In this document: positions 1 through 9,498 of the stretch, one piece after another
How the letters are laid out: every line of letters starts with the position of its first letter
Position numbering within the stretch: position 1 is the stretch's first letter
Assembly: GCA_030583845.1 (NCBI GenBank)
Contig: CP129478.1
Coordinates: 66,655-130,654, forward strand
Length of the DNA: 64,000 nucleotides
Source of the DNA: Candidatus Dojkabacteria bacterium
GTDB taxonomy: Bacteria > Patescibacteriota > Dojkabacteria > SC72 > JAHDCA01
Reading direction: 5' to 3'
The notes under the pieces: generated by a model
Seen by the model: only the letters and a program-made list of their open reading frames with translations
Database searches by the model: none
What the model was told of the DNA's origin: nothing
Translations under genes and position numbers: made by a program

Positions 1-301
1 ATAGATATCGCCTAGCGCAATTGGAGATTACATATGTAAAGAGCTACCACAGAAGTAGATAGAGCCTACTTCAATTTATGCGATGATATCAATTTGCAAG
101 TTAAGAAATAGATAAATACTATCATTTAAGGCATTTCATCTTCATGAAGTAAAACAGCGACAGAGATTTGAACCGGTAATTAAAACGATACTAGAGGACA
201 TTAACTGATTGACTACATATGTTACTATACTTAGCGGGGTAAAATCTCTCTGATATAGACTGTTAGCTTAAGATATAATTTCTACGTCTGTTAACCGGCA
301 T

Positions 302-997
302 ATGAAACTTGCACTGTTAGACCTTGATGGGACGTTACTAGAAAACGAGAACCCATATCTCGAACTGGCTAAACACCTTGGTATTGAGGATCATGTAAAA
401 AGCCGTGTAGTAAAGTACTTGCACGATGAGCTTTCTTACTCAGAGTTGATCCGCTGGGAGGTCAAGGCGTTGAAGAGAGCGTACAAGGATATATATGGAC
501 TTGCTCCAATAAAAGGGGATTTTGAGCGATTATTGGGTACACCAATAGTAATCGATGGTGTAAAAGAGGTCCTCGACAAGCTAAGAGAGATGGATTATCA
601 GATATTTGTGCTTAGCTCTGGCCTCTATTTTATCGCCAAAGAGGTAATGCGATATGGCATACCAATCGGCAACATATTATGCAATGACTTCCTCTACGAC
701 ACAGATGGCAGGCTGAGCACAATTCGGGTGAGCGTAAAAGGAGACAAGATTCATGCTTACGACTTGCTGATAAGCGCCTTGAAGGTAAAGCCCGATGAGA
801 CATTCTATGTCGCCGACAATGCTTTCGAGACGAAGCTGATTGACCATATATTAGAAAAAGGGAGTCGTGTCTTCTATGCGAAGAAAGAGCATAAGATTTT
901 CGAGATGGAAAGCCTTCCAAAACACCCACTGTTCAGTGAATTCACAAGCCTTGCCGACATCCCAAAGATGCTTGCTGAGGGTCCAGCCCAAGCTTAG
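302..997 (+). CDS. HAD-superfamily hydrolase (phosphoserine-phosphatase-like)
   Basis: N-terminal HAD motif I (LLDLDGTLL). Length and overall composition fit a HAD fold. Confidence 0.55.
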   Translation: MKLALLDLDGTLLENENPYLELAKHLGIEDHVKSRVVKYLHDELSYSELIRWEVKALKRAYKDIYGLAPIKGDFERLLGTPIVIDGVKEVLDKLREMDYQIFVLSSGLYFIAKEVMRYGIPIGNILCNDFLYDTDGRLSTIRVSVKGDKIHAYDLLISALKVKPDETFYVADNAFETKLIDHILEKGSRVFYAKKEHKIFEMESLPKHPLFSEFTSLADIPKMLAEGPAQA

Positions 998-1446
998 GGC
1001 AGGTTTCTAAGATCTACGCCACCCTCAATTGCTAAGGTTTTGGCATGATATTTCTGCTCTAGAATCTGTTGAACGACTCGATTCTGCTGCGTGAGTCGGA
1101 AGTAGAGTTGGGTAACACCGTGCTCTTTCAAGTCTGCAATTGCTGTGTCGAGTAGTTTCTGGCAATGCTGCCTAGCGATTGTTTCATCGGAGAAAACTAC
1201 TTCAACAATCTCCCCAAGGTTGTCATTGCGGGTAGTGCTAATATAGCCAATAACTTCTTCCTCGTCGTTTCTCATAGCGAAGAATGTGTAGCCTTCTTCC
1301 GCACTACTTCTCTTTACGAGTGGGTGGGATCGAAAATCTAGCTGATACTTTTCAAATAAATACTCGTTATTGAGTGATGAGTAGTGGCGATGGAGCAATG
1401 AGATGATTTCAGGGGCTGTTTGTTGTGTGGCGGGGAGGATGTTCAT
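994..1446 (-). CDS. putative GNAT-family acetyltransferase
   Basis: 150 aa. The central region resembles a GNAT acetyl-CoA-binding core; the call is weak and motif-level only. Confidence 0.3.
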   Translation of the reverse strand: MNILPATQQTAPEIISLLHRHYSSLNNEYLFEKYQLDFRSHPLVKRSSAEEGYTFFAMRNDEEEVIGYISTTRNDNLGEIVEVVFSDETIARQHCQKLLDTAIADLKEHGVTQLYFRLTQQNRVVQQILEQKYHAKTLAIEGGVDLRNLP

Positions 1447-1641
1447 TTATCTATACAGTTCCCGTGGATTTTCTGGTGGCTCATAGTCATCGAGGCTATT
1501 CTGAACTCCTCGTTTTGGTATAACTATTGTACCAACCTTCGTTGTAACTGCTGTAACAAGTTCCCTCACATTGAATATCGTTAGCTGCACACCTTGCTCA
1601 TCCTCTGTAGCAGCCTGCTCGTCCTTATTCTTAGATCCCAT
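1447..1641 (-). CDS. hypothetical small protein
   Basis: 64-aa ORF on the minus strand. Its TAA stop lies immediately adjacent to the ATG of the downstream ORF at 1446, consistent with co-transcription. Confidence 0.25.
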   Translation of the reverse strand: MGSKNKDEQAATEDEQGVQLTIFNVRELVTAVTTKVGTIVIPKRGVQNSLDDYEPPENPRELYR

Positions 1642-1785
1642 AACCTAACCATGACAAATTATTCACCACTATACACCTCTATGCGCCGTCAGCAAGAAAC
1701 CATCAAGAAATCCCACTAAATTAAGCTCGATTTCCATCTATTCTAAATAGCTATATAATATCCAAGTAAACTAACTGAGAAACCT

Positions 1786-3069
1786 ATGACAACCTATAAA
1801 ATCGTTGGTGGAGAGCCTATTTCAGGCACAGTCACCCCAATGCCAAATAAGAATTCTATTGTCGCACTTATCCCTGCCGCTGTCCTTGCTGACGAGCCAG
1901 TGGTGTTCTCGAATGTGCCCATGAGCTCATCTGTGAGGGTAATGCTAAGGATTTTTCGCAAGCTTGGTGGGAAAGTCTCATATCTCAAAGATGGGAAAAT
2001 TAAGTTAGATGCCTCAACTATAAACTACACGGTTGTAGATAAAGAGCTCGCGAAAAAAGAGCGAGCTTCAATCATGTTCCTCGGTCCACTTGTATCCCGA
2101 TTTGGCGAAGCCGAATTCGGACAGTCTGGTGGCTGCAAGCTTGGTAGTAGGCCTATCGACACACTTCTACAAGGGCTCACAAATCTTGGCGCAAAGATTG
2201 ATCCTGAAAACATCTTCCACATAACTGCAAACGGGCTAAAAGGAAACGACAAAATATGGCAGCTCGAGACATCGGTTACGGGTACAGAAAATCTTGTAAT
2301 TGCAGCCGTTAAAGCAGAGGGACGAACAGTTATCTATAACGCAGCCTGTGAGCCACATGTGCAGGACCTATGCAATTTCTTCAATTCAATCGGTGCAGAT
2401 ATCCGAGGAGTGGGTACAAACAGATTAGAGATTAACGGCGTTGAGAAACTGAGAGGGGGGGAGTGGAGCGTCATTCCAGACTTCGTTGACATTGGTGGCC
2501 TAATTGTTGCAGCTGCAATTACAGGTGGAGAGCTCACAATCAAGAATGCCATTCCCGATCACATGCAGCATATCCTTATGTTCTACGACAAGATCAGTCT
2601 CAAGTACAATATAGATGGAGACAGCATTCACATCCCTGCAAAGCAGAAGCTTGAGTGTAAGCCAAATGCTCAGGGGGATATGGATAAAATTACAGCGCAG
2701 CCATGGCCGACAGGATTTCCTGCAGACCTGATCCCGCAAGCATTGGTACTTGCTGCATCAGCTGGTGGCAATATCAGAATCCAGAATATGATGTACGAGA
2801 CGCAGCTAAACTTCGTGGACACGCTCAATAAGATGAGGGCCAAAATCGCTCTCACCAGCCCGAACCAAGCGATTACATTTGGTCCATCACAGTTCAAAGG
2901 AACAGTGGTATCGGCACCTGACATTTTGCAATGTGCTCATGCTGTAGCTTTAGCTGCATTTGCGGCTAAGGGTGAAACGAAAATATTGAATGCCGACATT
3001 ATCAATCGAAGGTACCCAGAATTTGTATCAACGTTCAAAAAACTTGGTGCTAAGATTGCCGCAGAGTAG
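1786..3069 (+). CDS. murA: UDP-N-acetylglucosamine 1-carboxyvinyltransferase MurA
   Basis: EPSP-synthase fold. N-terminal KIVGGEPISGTV...PNKNS motif and an active-site Cys in GGCKLGSRPID. Length 427 aa. Confidence 0.9.
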   Translation: MTTYKIVGGEPISGTVTPMPNKNSIVALIPAAVLADEPVVFSNVPMSSSVRVMLRIFRKLGGKVSYLKDGKIKLDASTINYTVVDKELAKKERASIMFLGPLVSRFGEAEFGQSGGCKLGSRPIDTLLQGLTNLGAKIDPENIFHITANGLKGNDKIWQLETSVTGTENLVIAAVKAEGRTVIYNAACEPHVQDLCNFFNSIGADIRGVGTNRLEINGVEKLRGGEWSVIPDFVDIGGLIVAAAITGGELTIKNAIPDHMQHILMFYDKISLKYNIDGDSIHIPAKQKLECKPNAQGDMDKITAQPWPTGFPADLIPQALVLAASAGGNIRIQNMMYETQLNFVDTLNKMRAKIALTSPNQAITFGPSQFKGTVVSAPDILQCAHAVALAAFAAKGETKILNADIINRRYPEFVSTFKKLGAKIAAE

Positions 3070-3280
3070 CATCAAATACTTAGCGACCCATAGTCTCGTA
3101 TTACTCTTCCGATAAATAGTTCACTAGCTTGATACTACAAGATCACACTGTCACATTTTCTTGTCGCAGGAATCATTGTTGACCGCTTGCTTAGCAGGCA
3201 CGCAATATTACACATTTACCAACTATAAGATCCCAACTATTTTGACATAGCAATATGCTAGTGCTACATTGATACCATCT

Positions 3281-3315
3281 GAAGTGGTGAATGGTGGCAC
3301 AGAGTGGTGGGTGGA
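3281..3315 (+). promoter_or_regulatory. candidate MraZ operator (GTGG direct repeats at 10-bp phasing)
   Basis: GTGG boxes at 3284, 3294 and 3304, plus one at 3311, lie immediately upstream of the mraZ start and downstream of a TTGACA (3243) promoter-like element. Phased GTGG/TGGG repeats are the established MraZ binding architecture. Confidence 0.5.
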
Positions 3316-3333
3316 TGATATACTACACCAACC

Positions 3334-3774
3334 ATGTTGATAGGTGAATACCGAAGCAAAATAGGAGATAAGAAAAGAGTCGCCATTCCAAAGAGATTCA
3401 GAGACGAGATGGGGGATGATCTGATACTTACCCGAGGCTACGAAAAAGCTCTTGTATTAGTAAATAAAGAGATGTGGGGGAAAGTAGCAGGCGAGGTAAT
3501 TGGGGGCTCTTTCATAAACAAAAACATCAGAGACAGCAGCAGGTTCCTAGTAGGAAGCGCAGTTGAGTTGGATCTCGATCAGCAAGGACGAGTTGTAATC
3601 CCGACGGCACTCTACGAGCATGCAGCTTTAAGCAAAGAAGTAGTATTCGTTGGACTAGTAAACTGGGTAGAACTATGGGATAAAGAGATGTGGAAAGAGA
3701 GATTAAATTATCTTCAAGCCCACAGCGAGATTATCGCAGATGAATTAAGCAAGATTAAATCAGATGACAAATAG
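3334..3774 (+). CDS. mraZ: transcriptional regulator MraZ
   Basis: 146 aa. Duplicated MraZ/SpoVT-AbrB-like halves. Sits at the head of the dcw cluster directly before rsmH. Confidence 0.85.
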   Translation: MLIGEYRSKIGDKKRVAIPKRFRDEMGDDLILTRGYEKALVLVNKEMWGKVAGEVIGGSFINKNIRDSSRFLVGSAVELDLDQQGRVVIPTALYEHAALSKEVVFVGLVNWVELWDKEMWKERLNYLQAHSEIIADELSKIKSDDK

Positions 3775-4654
3775 CTACCATACACCAGTCCTTCTATACG
3801 AATCTCTGGAACTCTTGAATATTAAGCCTGATGGATTCTATCTGGATGCCACGCTTGGGGAAGCGGGACATAGCAGAGCAATCCTGGAGAGATTGAGTAG
3901 TGGCGGAAAGCTGCTGAGCATCGACCAGGATGAAGAAGCGATCCGATACGTCAGGCATAACTATCAGGAGCAGTTGTTAGGGGGCAACTGGGAGATCGTG
4001 CAAAGCAACTTTGCCAAAGTTCATGAAGTTTTAATGAACTACAATAGGAAACTGGATGGTGTCCTGATGGATCTTGGAATCTCTTCTCGGCAGATTGAAA
4101 TAGAAGGTAAAGGAATCAGTTACCATAATCAATCAGATCCGTTAGACATGAGGATGGATGATCAGCTGCAAGTTACAGCTGCAGACCTCCTAAATGCACT
4201 AACTGAGCAAGAGCTAGAGAAACTCTTCCGAGTATATGGTGAGGAGAGATATGCCAAGAGAATAGCAAGAATTATAAAGGAATCTCCGACGCCCGTTCAA
4301 AGCGTTGGGGAGCTTAATACCATTATAAGTAGAGCAGTACCGGCAACTAAAAACAGCTCTAAACACCCTTCCCGCAGGGTCTTCCAGGCCCTGCGAATAG
4401 CGGTTAACGACGAATTGAACAGTCTAAAAGCCGGATTAGAAGGATCATTTACAAATCTAAATAGCAATGGACGCTTAGTAGTAATCTCATTTCACTCACT
4501 AGAGGATCGGATTGTTAAGGAGTACTTTAATCAGCTCGCAAGAGAGGGCAAAGGAACACTTATCACAAAGAAGCCGATCGTGCCTACAGACACAGAAGTC
4601 ACACAAAACCCTAGATCGCATAGCGCGAAGGTGAGAGCGATAGAGAAGCTTTAA
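3764..4654 (+). CDS. rsmH: 16S rRNA (cytosine1402-N4)-methyltransferase RsmH (MraW)
   Basis: DATLGEAGHS SAM-binding motif. Overlaps the mraZ end by 11 nt. Length 296 aa. Confidence 0.9.
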   Translation: MTNSYHTPVLLYESLELLNIKPDGFYLDATLGEAGHSRAILERLSSGGKLLSIDQDEEAIRYVRHNYQEQLLGGNWEIVQSNFAKVHEVLMNYNRKLDGVLMDLGISSRQIEIEGKGISYHNQSDPLDMRMDDQLQVTAADLLNALTEQELEKLFRVYGEERYAKRIARIIKESPTPVQSVGELNTIISRAVPATKNSSKHPSRRVFQALRIAVNDELNSLKAGLEGSFTNLNSNGRLVVISFHSLEDRIVKEYFNQLAREGKGTLITKKPIVPTDTEVTQNPRSHSAKVRAIEKL

Positions 4655-4689
4655 GCCCGAATTTTGAAGTAAGATCTGTCCACTTGTAT

Positions 4690-4778
4690 ATCAAGTGGTC
4701 AGATGTTCCTTCAACTGGACCTCCCCGCTAACCTACCATTCGTAATTTTAGAGAAGAATGATAGGTTAGCGGGGGAGG
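4690..4778. repeat. two hairpins in the rsmH-ftsL spacer; the second is the CCCCGCTAACCTA variant of the interspersed inverted-repeat (IR) family
   Basis: A 7-bp stem CCACTTG/CAAGTGG lies at 4690-4708. A second hairpin has arms CCTCCCCGCTAACCTAC (4720-4736) and TAGGTTAGCGGGGGAGG (4762-4778), about 16 bp with one bulge. Confidence 0.7.
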
Positions 4779-4843
4779 CCTGGTTGGGTGGCTCACACAG
4801 CACACACATTTATAGTAGGGACGGGATCAATTTAATAACTGCC

Positions 4844-5197
4844 ATGATGAACAAGTACAAAAGAGCAATTCGCAATCTGTTCACCTCTCATCGAGCGAAG
4901 AGGAGCTTCAGTAAAGATTCGATTTTATTTGCAGCAGCCGGTGTTGCAGTAGTAGCTTTCATACTTACACAGCTTGTTACCAACTCAATACTGAGCCCAC
5001 TGGGCCATACACTGCAAAGCTTGAACGAAGAGAAGAACCAGCTAGTAGAGGTAAATCGAGAGGTTGAGCGTGAAATTGCCAGCAATGTTGCACTCTCTGT
5101 AGTAGATACATATGCAAAGGAGAAATTTAATCTCTCCGATGATTCTGACAGCGAGACTATCTATATTACCGACGACAGTATACAAGCCTCAAGGTAG
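4844..5197 (+). CDS. putative cell-division protein FtsL-like (single-TM)
   Basis: Position between rsmH and ftsI. Basic N-terminus followed by one TM helix (LFAAAGVAVVAFILTQLV) and a coiled-coil. The track start at 4703 lies inside the intergenic hairpins, so the in-frame ATG at 4844 is preferred. Confidence 0.4.
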   Translation: MMNKYKRAIRNLFTSHRAKRSFSKDSILFAAAGVAVVAFILTQLVTNSILSPLGHTLQSLNEEKNQLVEVNREVEREIASNVALSVVDTYAKEKFNLSDDSDSETIYITDDSIQASR

Positions 5198-5319
5198 AGT
5201 GATATGGTAAACTGCTTTTACAATGTAAGCACCATGTCTAAGCTAGATAACTCTCACATACTATGAGCCCACGATCGCGACATAGAAAAAAGACGATTTA
5301 CAAAAAGGGCGAGGTAAAA

Positions 5320-7095
5320 ATGGATAAGACGCCTGAGAAGATCTTTAGGCTGAACACCCGTGTTGTGTTTATATTTATCATTGTTTTTGGGTTTGCAGTC
5401 ATCCTCCAGATGGGCAGATGGCAGATTCTTGATCGTGAGAAATTTGAAGCGATGGCCAGCTCCCAATATTTGAGCACACAGAGACAGCCATCAGGCCGAG
5501 GCACCATCTTCGCAGCGGACGGAAGTATCTTAGCCACGGATAGACCTGCATGGGATGTGTATGCCTCGCTGAGCAGCATTGAAGAAGAAAGAGAGGCATT
5601 CTTTGCCGAAAAGGATAAATATGTGGAGAACGTATCGCAGGTGTTAGGCATTGATTCGAGTGAGCTAGACGAGAAGCTGACCGACGAATTCCGATATATC
5701 TCGATAGAGAAAGGTATAACCCCAGACGAGAAAAAATCATTAGAAGAGGCGCAAATATTTGAGGAAATGTCCCCTGGATTTGGGCTTTACTTTGAGAAGT
5801 CCGAAAAACGTTTCTATCCAAATGGATCGTTAGCTTCGCACGTCTTGGGCTACATGGGGAAGGATGCAAATGGTACCGATATTGGCCTCTACGGAATCGA
5901 AGGCTACTATTTCGGAGACCTGTTAGGCACCGAGGGCTACACATATGAAGAGCAGGATGCAAATGGCAATATTATCCTGACGGCTGAGTACGACCCAGTA
6001 CTACCTCGAGAAGGAAAGGATATCACCTTAACAATCATCCCTGGAATCCAGAAGAAAGTAGAGGACAAACTAAAGAAAGGTGTTGAAAACCACCAGGCAA
6101 AAAGCGGTAGCGCAATAGTGATGGATCCATCAACTGGGGCGATTATAGCAATGGCTAACTACCCAACTTACAATCCGAATGAGTATTGGAGACAGCAAGA
6201 GGCGTGGATCTTTAAAAATAAAGCCATCGCAGATGTTTACGAGCCAGGATCTATATTTAAGCCAATTACCGTAGCTATTGGCTTAGATACCAAAGCCATC
6301 GACGAGAACACTGTCTGCAATGATGAGAAAGGGTATATTACGATGTATGAAGGCACTCCAGATGAGGCGAAGATTTACACCTGGGACAGGAAGCCTGATG
6401 GCAAGATCACCCCCGCACAGTACCTACAGTTTTCAAACAATCCCTGCATTGCCACAACTGCCCTGGCTATCGGTCATGAGAAATATTTTCCCGCAGTTAA
6501 ACGGTTTGGGATAGGTGACTTTGTCGGACTAGGCCTACAGGATGAGACAAATAGCTACATCAGACCATACGAAGAATGGCTCGAGATCGACTTAGCCACC
6601 TCTTCTTTCGGCCAGGGAATCTCTGCAACCCCTATGCAGATGATCTCGGCACTTGCCTCACTTGCCAATGATGGGAAACGTATGCAGCCTCACATAGTAA
6701 AAGAGGTTGGCAATGGAGAAGAGGTTATACAGTTTACCCCTAGGGTAGTATCACAGACTGTGTCTGAAGAGAGCGCAAATAAGGTAGCACGTATGATGAC
6801 ATCGGTCGTTACAGGGGGTGATGCGAAATGGATATTTGATAAGTACTTAAGGGAGTATGACATCGCTGGGAAAACCGGAACAGCTCAGATCCCTAAGAAG
6901 GATACTGTGGGGTATTATGCAGACCGTACAAATACTACCTTTGTAGGATTTGCACCGGTCGACGATCCGAAAATGATCATGCTAATTAGACTTGAAGAGC
7001 CAAGTCTTGGTGAGCACTCGTCCGGTACAGCCGTGCCTGTATGGGTGGATACATTCCTAGCCATCGCTGACGACCTTGAGGTACCTAAGAAGTAG
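5320..7095 (+). CDS. ftsI: peptidoglycan D,D-transpeptidase (FtsI/PBP2-class penicillin-binding protein)
   Basis: N-terminal TM. SxxK (GSIFKP), SxN (FSNN) and KTG (AGKTGTA) motifs. The ATG at 5320 is preceded by GAGGT; the track start at 5263 is also possible. Confidence 0.85.
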   Translation: MDKTPEKIFRLNTRVVFIFIIVFGFAVILQMGRWQILDREKFEAMASSQYLSTQRQPSGRGTIFAADGSILATDRPAWDVYASLSSIEEEREAFFAEKDKYVENVSQVLGIDSSELDEKLTDEFRYISIEKGITPDEKKSLEEAQIFEEMSPGFGLYFEKSEKRFYPNGSLASHVLGYMGKDANGTDIGLYGIEGYYFGDLLGTEGYTYEEQDANGNIILTAEYDPVLPREGKDITLTIIPGIQKKVEDKLKKGVENHQAKSGSAIVMDPSTGAIIAMANYPTYNPNEYWRQQEAWIFKNKAIADVYEPGSIFKPITVAIGLDTKAIDENTVCNDEKGYITMYEGTPDEAKIYTWDRKPDGKITPAQYLQFSNNPCIATTALAIGHEKYFPAVKRFGIGDFVGLGLQDETNSYIRPYEEWLEIDLATSSFGQGISATPMQMISALASLANDGKRMQPHIVKEVGNGEEVIQFTPRVVSQTVSEESANKVARMMTSVVTGGDAKWIFDKYLREYDIAGKTGTAQIPKKDTVGYYADRTNTTFVGFAPVDDPKMIMLIRLEEPSLGEHSSGTAVPVWVDTFLAIADDLEVPKK

Positions 7096-7801
7096 ACTTA
7101 GCTTTGAGCAAGATATATCTGAACCTTCGATCTTGCTTTACCCATTTTTTGTAATAGTGTGTCTGTGCGAATCCCCACTCCTCCGGACGGTAAACGCCTG
7201 AAGTTACCTCAAATATTTCGCTCACTTTATTAGCCTGATCCAGCACGAAATCAAAATACTCCTCCCAATCGGTCGCGAAAATGATAAAGCCACCGTCTGC
7301 TAATTTTGTGCTAATCTGCTCAAACCAGCTTGCCACCAGCGGTCTTCGCTTATGGTGTCTTTTCTTATGCCACGGATCAGGAAAAAGGATATACACGCCG
7401 GCCAGTGAATGATCAGTAAAAAGCTTTATTGCGGCTTCATAGGCGTCAGCCTTAAACACCAGAGCGTTCTTCAGTCCAGAGACTTTCTTGTGCGACATCA
7501 AAGCAAATTTTTTAAATATCTCGAACCCTACATATAAATTCCCTGGGTTCTCTGTGGCTAGTTTCTGCAGCTGCTCACCATGACCGCTTCCGATTTCCAC
7601 ATATAGATGATCAAAATCCATATACTTCTCCCATGGAAATGGCCATGGCAGCTGCTCATAATTGAGTGGGTCAAGATCCGCAGCAGCATACTTGTAACTG
7701 CTGGCTTTGACAGACTTTTTTATCTGACGGACATTCTCACTTAGTTTACTCGCCGTCTGATACTTAATCTTTTTAACCTTGGTCTTTAATGACTTTTTCA
7801 T
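7085..7801 (-). CDS. trmB: tRNA (guanine46-N7)-methyltransferase TrmB
   Basis: EIGSGHGE SAM motif and a PDPWHKKRHHKRR motif typical of TrmB. Convergently overlaps the ftsI end by 11 nt. Confidence 0.85.
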   Translation of the reverse strand: MKKSLKTKVKKIKYQTASKLSENVRQIKKSVKASSYKYAAADLDPLNYEQLPWPFPWEKYMDFDHLYVEIGSGHGEQLQKLATENPGNLYVGFEIFKKFALMSHKKVSGLKNALVFKADAYEAAIKLFTDHSLAGVYILFPDPWHKKRHHKRRPLVASWFEQISTKLADGGFIIFATDWEEYFDFVLDQANKVSEIFEVTSGVYRPEEWGFAQTHYYKKWVKQDRRFRYILLKAKSTS

Positions 7802-7843
7802 AATCTGATACTAACTTTAGCGCTGATACTGTAAAATTCCAAT

Positions 7844-9082
7844 GTGATGAATTATACATTGAAAAAGAGAACTGGGATCATATTTCTGATAATAATTCTG
7901 TCCATACTTGCAGGACTGGCTATAATTATTGCGAAGATTAGCCGCACAGAAGAGCCTGAACGTACATCAAAAAATCAGCAGGAGCAGGTCATCGACATTG
8001 AGCGCGAAGAAATTGTCAAAAACCTTAGAGCCGAATATAACGATGCGCTTGAGGATCAATTCTCACCACTTTTGGAAAATTTCGAGATCGATAGCTACTC
8101 ATCATCAGTCACGTTTGAAGAGATAGCTCGATCTTCCAGTAGCCATAAGATTAAAGAGCTTGGATGGATCCCTTCATGGGCATATGCGTCAGGTGTGGAA
8201 AGTGTCAGAGCGAAAGGTGATCAGCTCTCACATGTATCACCCGTCTGGTATGCTATCGATGCTAACGGTAATATTGTGTCACGAGTAAGCAACAGAGATC
8301 AGCTGGTGCAACTAGCAGAGCAGGAGGATTTTCTATTGATTCCAACTATTACCTGCTTTGATTTCAACGATTTTCACACCTCTACAGCTGACGAAGCGAA
8401 GCTTCAGCAGCATATAGACACAATAGTAAGTATAGTGCTTGATAATGGGTACGATGGGATAGACCTTGATTATGAATCGATCCAAGAGATCGATGGAGAG
8501 GCCTTTATGACGATAGTTGAGGAGGTTGGAGAGAGACTTCATGAAGAGGATAAGCTTTTCTCCGTGACTGTCCTCTCAAAGTGGGGTGACAATGTAATCT
8601 ATCCTGCGTTTCAGGAGACTAGAAGGGTGCAGCAGTGGGATGATATTGCCCGACATGTCGATCAGCTAAGGATTATGACCTATGACTATACATCTCCTTC
8701 TGGAGAAATCCCTGGACCGATAGCCCCTACAGATTGGATGATTGCGGTAATGGAGTATGCTGTTACAAAAGTCCCTAGAGAGAAGTTATGGATGGGTGTC
8801 CATCTTTATAGCTACGAATGGCAGAGCAGTGGCGATAATAAGTCATACTTTCGCGAGACAGTAAAGAGCGTCCTCGACAGCGAGGATGCTGAGCCGTACT
8901 ACGATATGCAAACAAATGAGGCGATCGCAGCATACAACTGCCGTGATACTGAAATTGAGTGCATACTTTACTACCCGACTAGAGAAAGCATTGAAGCCCG
9001 CAAGAAGATTGCACAATATTTCAAAATAGCAGGGGTGGCCTACTGGAGCCTGGGCAAAGATGGGGATCTAATATCTGAGTAG
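7844..9082 (+). CDS. glycoside hydrolase family 18 (chitinase-like) membrane-anchored protein
   Basis: N-terminal TM. GH18 catalytic DxxDxDxE motif (YDGIDLDYE). Confidence 0.7.
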   Translation: MMNYTLKKRTGIIFLIIILSILAGLAIIIAKISRTEEPERTSKNQQEQVIDIEREEIVKNLRAEYNDALEDQFSPLLENFEIDSYSSSVTFEEIARSSSSHKIKELGWIPSWAYASGVESVRAKGDQLSHVSPVWYAIDANGNIVSRVSNRDQLVQLAEQEDFLLIPTITCFDFNDFHTSTADEAKLQQHIDTIVSIVLDNGYDGIDLDYESIQEIDGEAFMTIVEEVGERLHEEDKLFSVTVLSKWGDNVIYPAFQETRRVQQWDDIARHVDQLRIMTYDYTSPSGEIPGPIAPTDWMIAVMEYAVTKVPREKLWMGVHLYSYEWQSSGDNKSYFRETVKSVLDSEDAEPYYDMQTNEAIAAYNCRDTEIECILYYPTRESIEARKKIAQYFKIAGVAYWSLGKDGDLISE

Positions 9083-9089
9083 CTCTCTA

Positions 9090-9428
9090 CTATTGAGTGG
9101 AGTCTTTGGAATTTTCGATTATCTCCTCCCATGGCAAGTCCTCCAAAATGTCGTTTATCAATGGGAAAGTCTCTAATTGAGCCATAACAATGCTGGCGAC
9201 ATAGATTACAAATGCAAACACTATAGTGGCTCCAATTGCTGTAACCAGTCCTCTCATCAAGCTCACAGGGATCAGATATCGCCACCTGTAATCTCTACTC
9301 TTAATCTCGGTCAATTTCTGCACCGATCTGTCTAGCTGATTAATATCTAACTGTAGTGCCTCGATCTGGTTGCTGAGCTGCTCAATCTCTGTAGAATTGC
9401 TTTCCCTTTTCTGCTCTTTCTGTTCCAT
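9090..9428 (-). CDS. hypothetical coiled-coil / single-TM protein
   Basis: 112 aa. N-terminal coiled-coil (QLSNQIEALQLDINQL) and a C-terminal TM. Confidence 0.3.
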   Translation of the reverse strand: MEQKEQKRESNSTEIEQLSNQIEALQLDINQLDRSVQKLTEIKSRDYRWRYLIPVSLMRGLVTAIGATIVFAFVIYVASIVMAQLETFPLINDILEDLPWEEIIENSKDSTQ

Positions 9429-9498
9429 GGGTACAGTCTAGCATAACCAAACATGGACTTGTAGCTCAAATTTAAAGCTGCAACATGTATAATCAGTT

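Noticed and set aside
4703-4843. N-terminal 47 codons of the track ORF 4703-5197
   Set aside because: This region translates through two intergenic hairpins, one of them a copy of the interspersed repeat. A downstream in-frame Met pair precedes the recognisable FtsL-like architecture.
5399-5962. 187-aa minus-strand ORF (and the 5298-5651 ORF) inside ftsI
   Set aside because: These are shadow ORFs antisense to a well-supported PBP gene. They are Arg/Ser/Pro-rich, which is typical of antisense translation.
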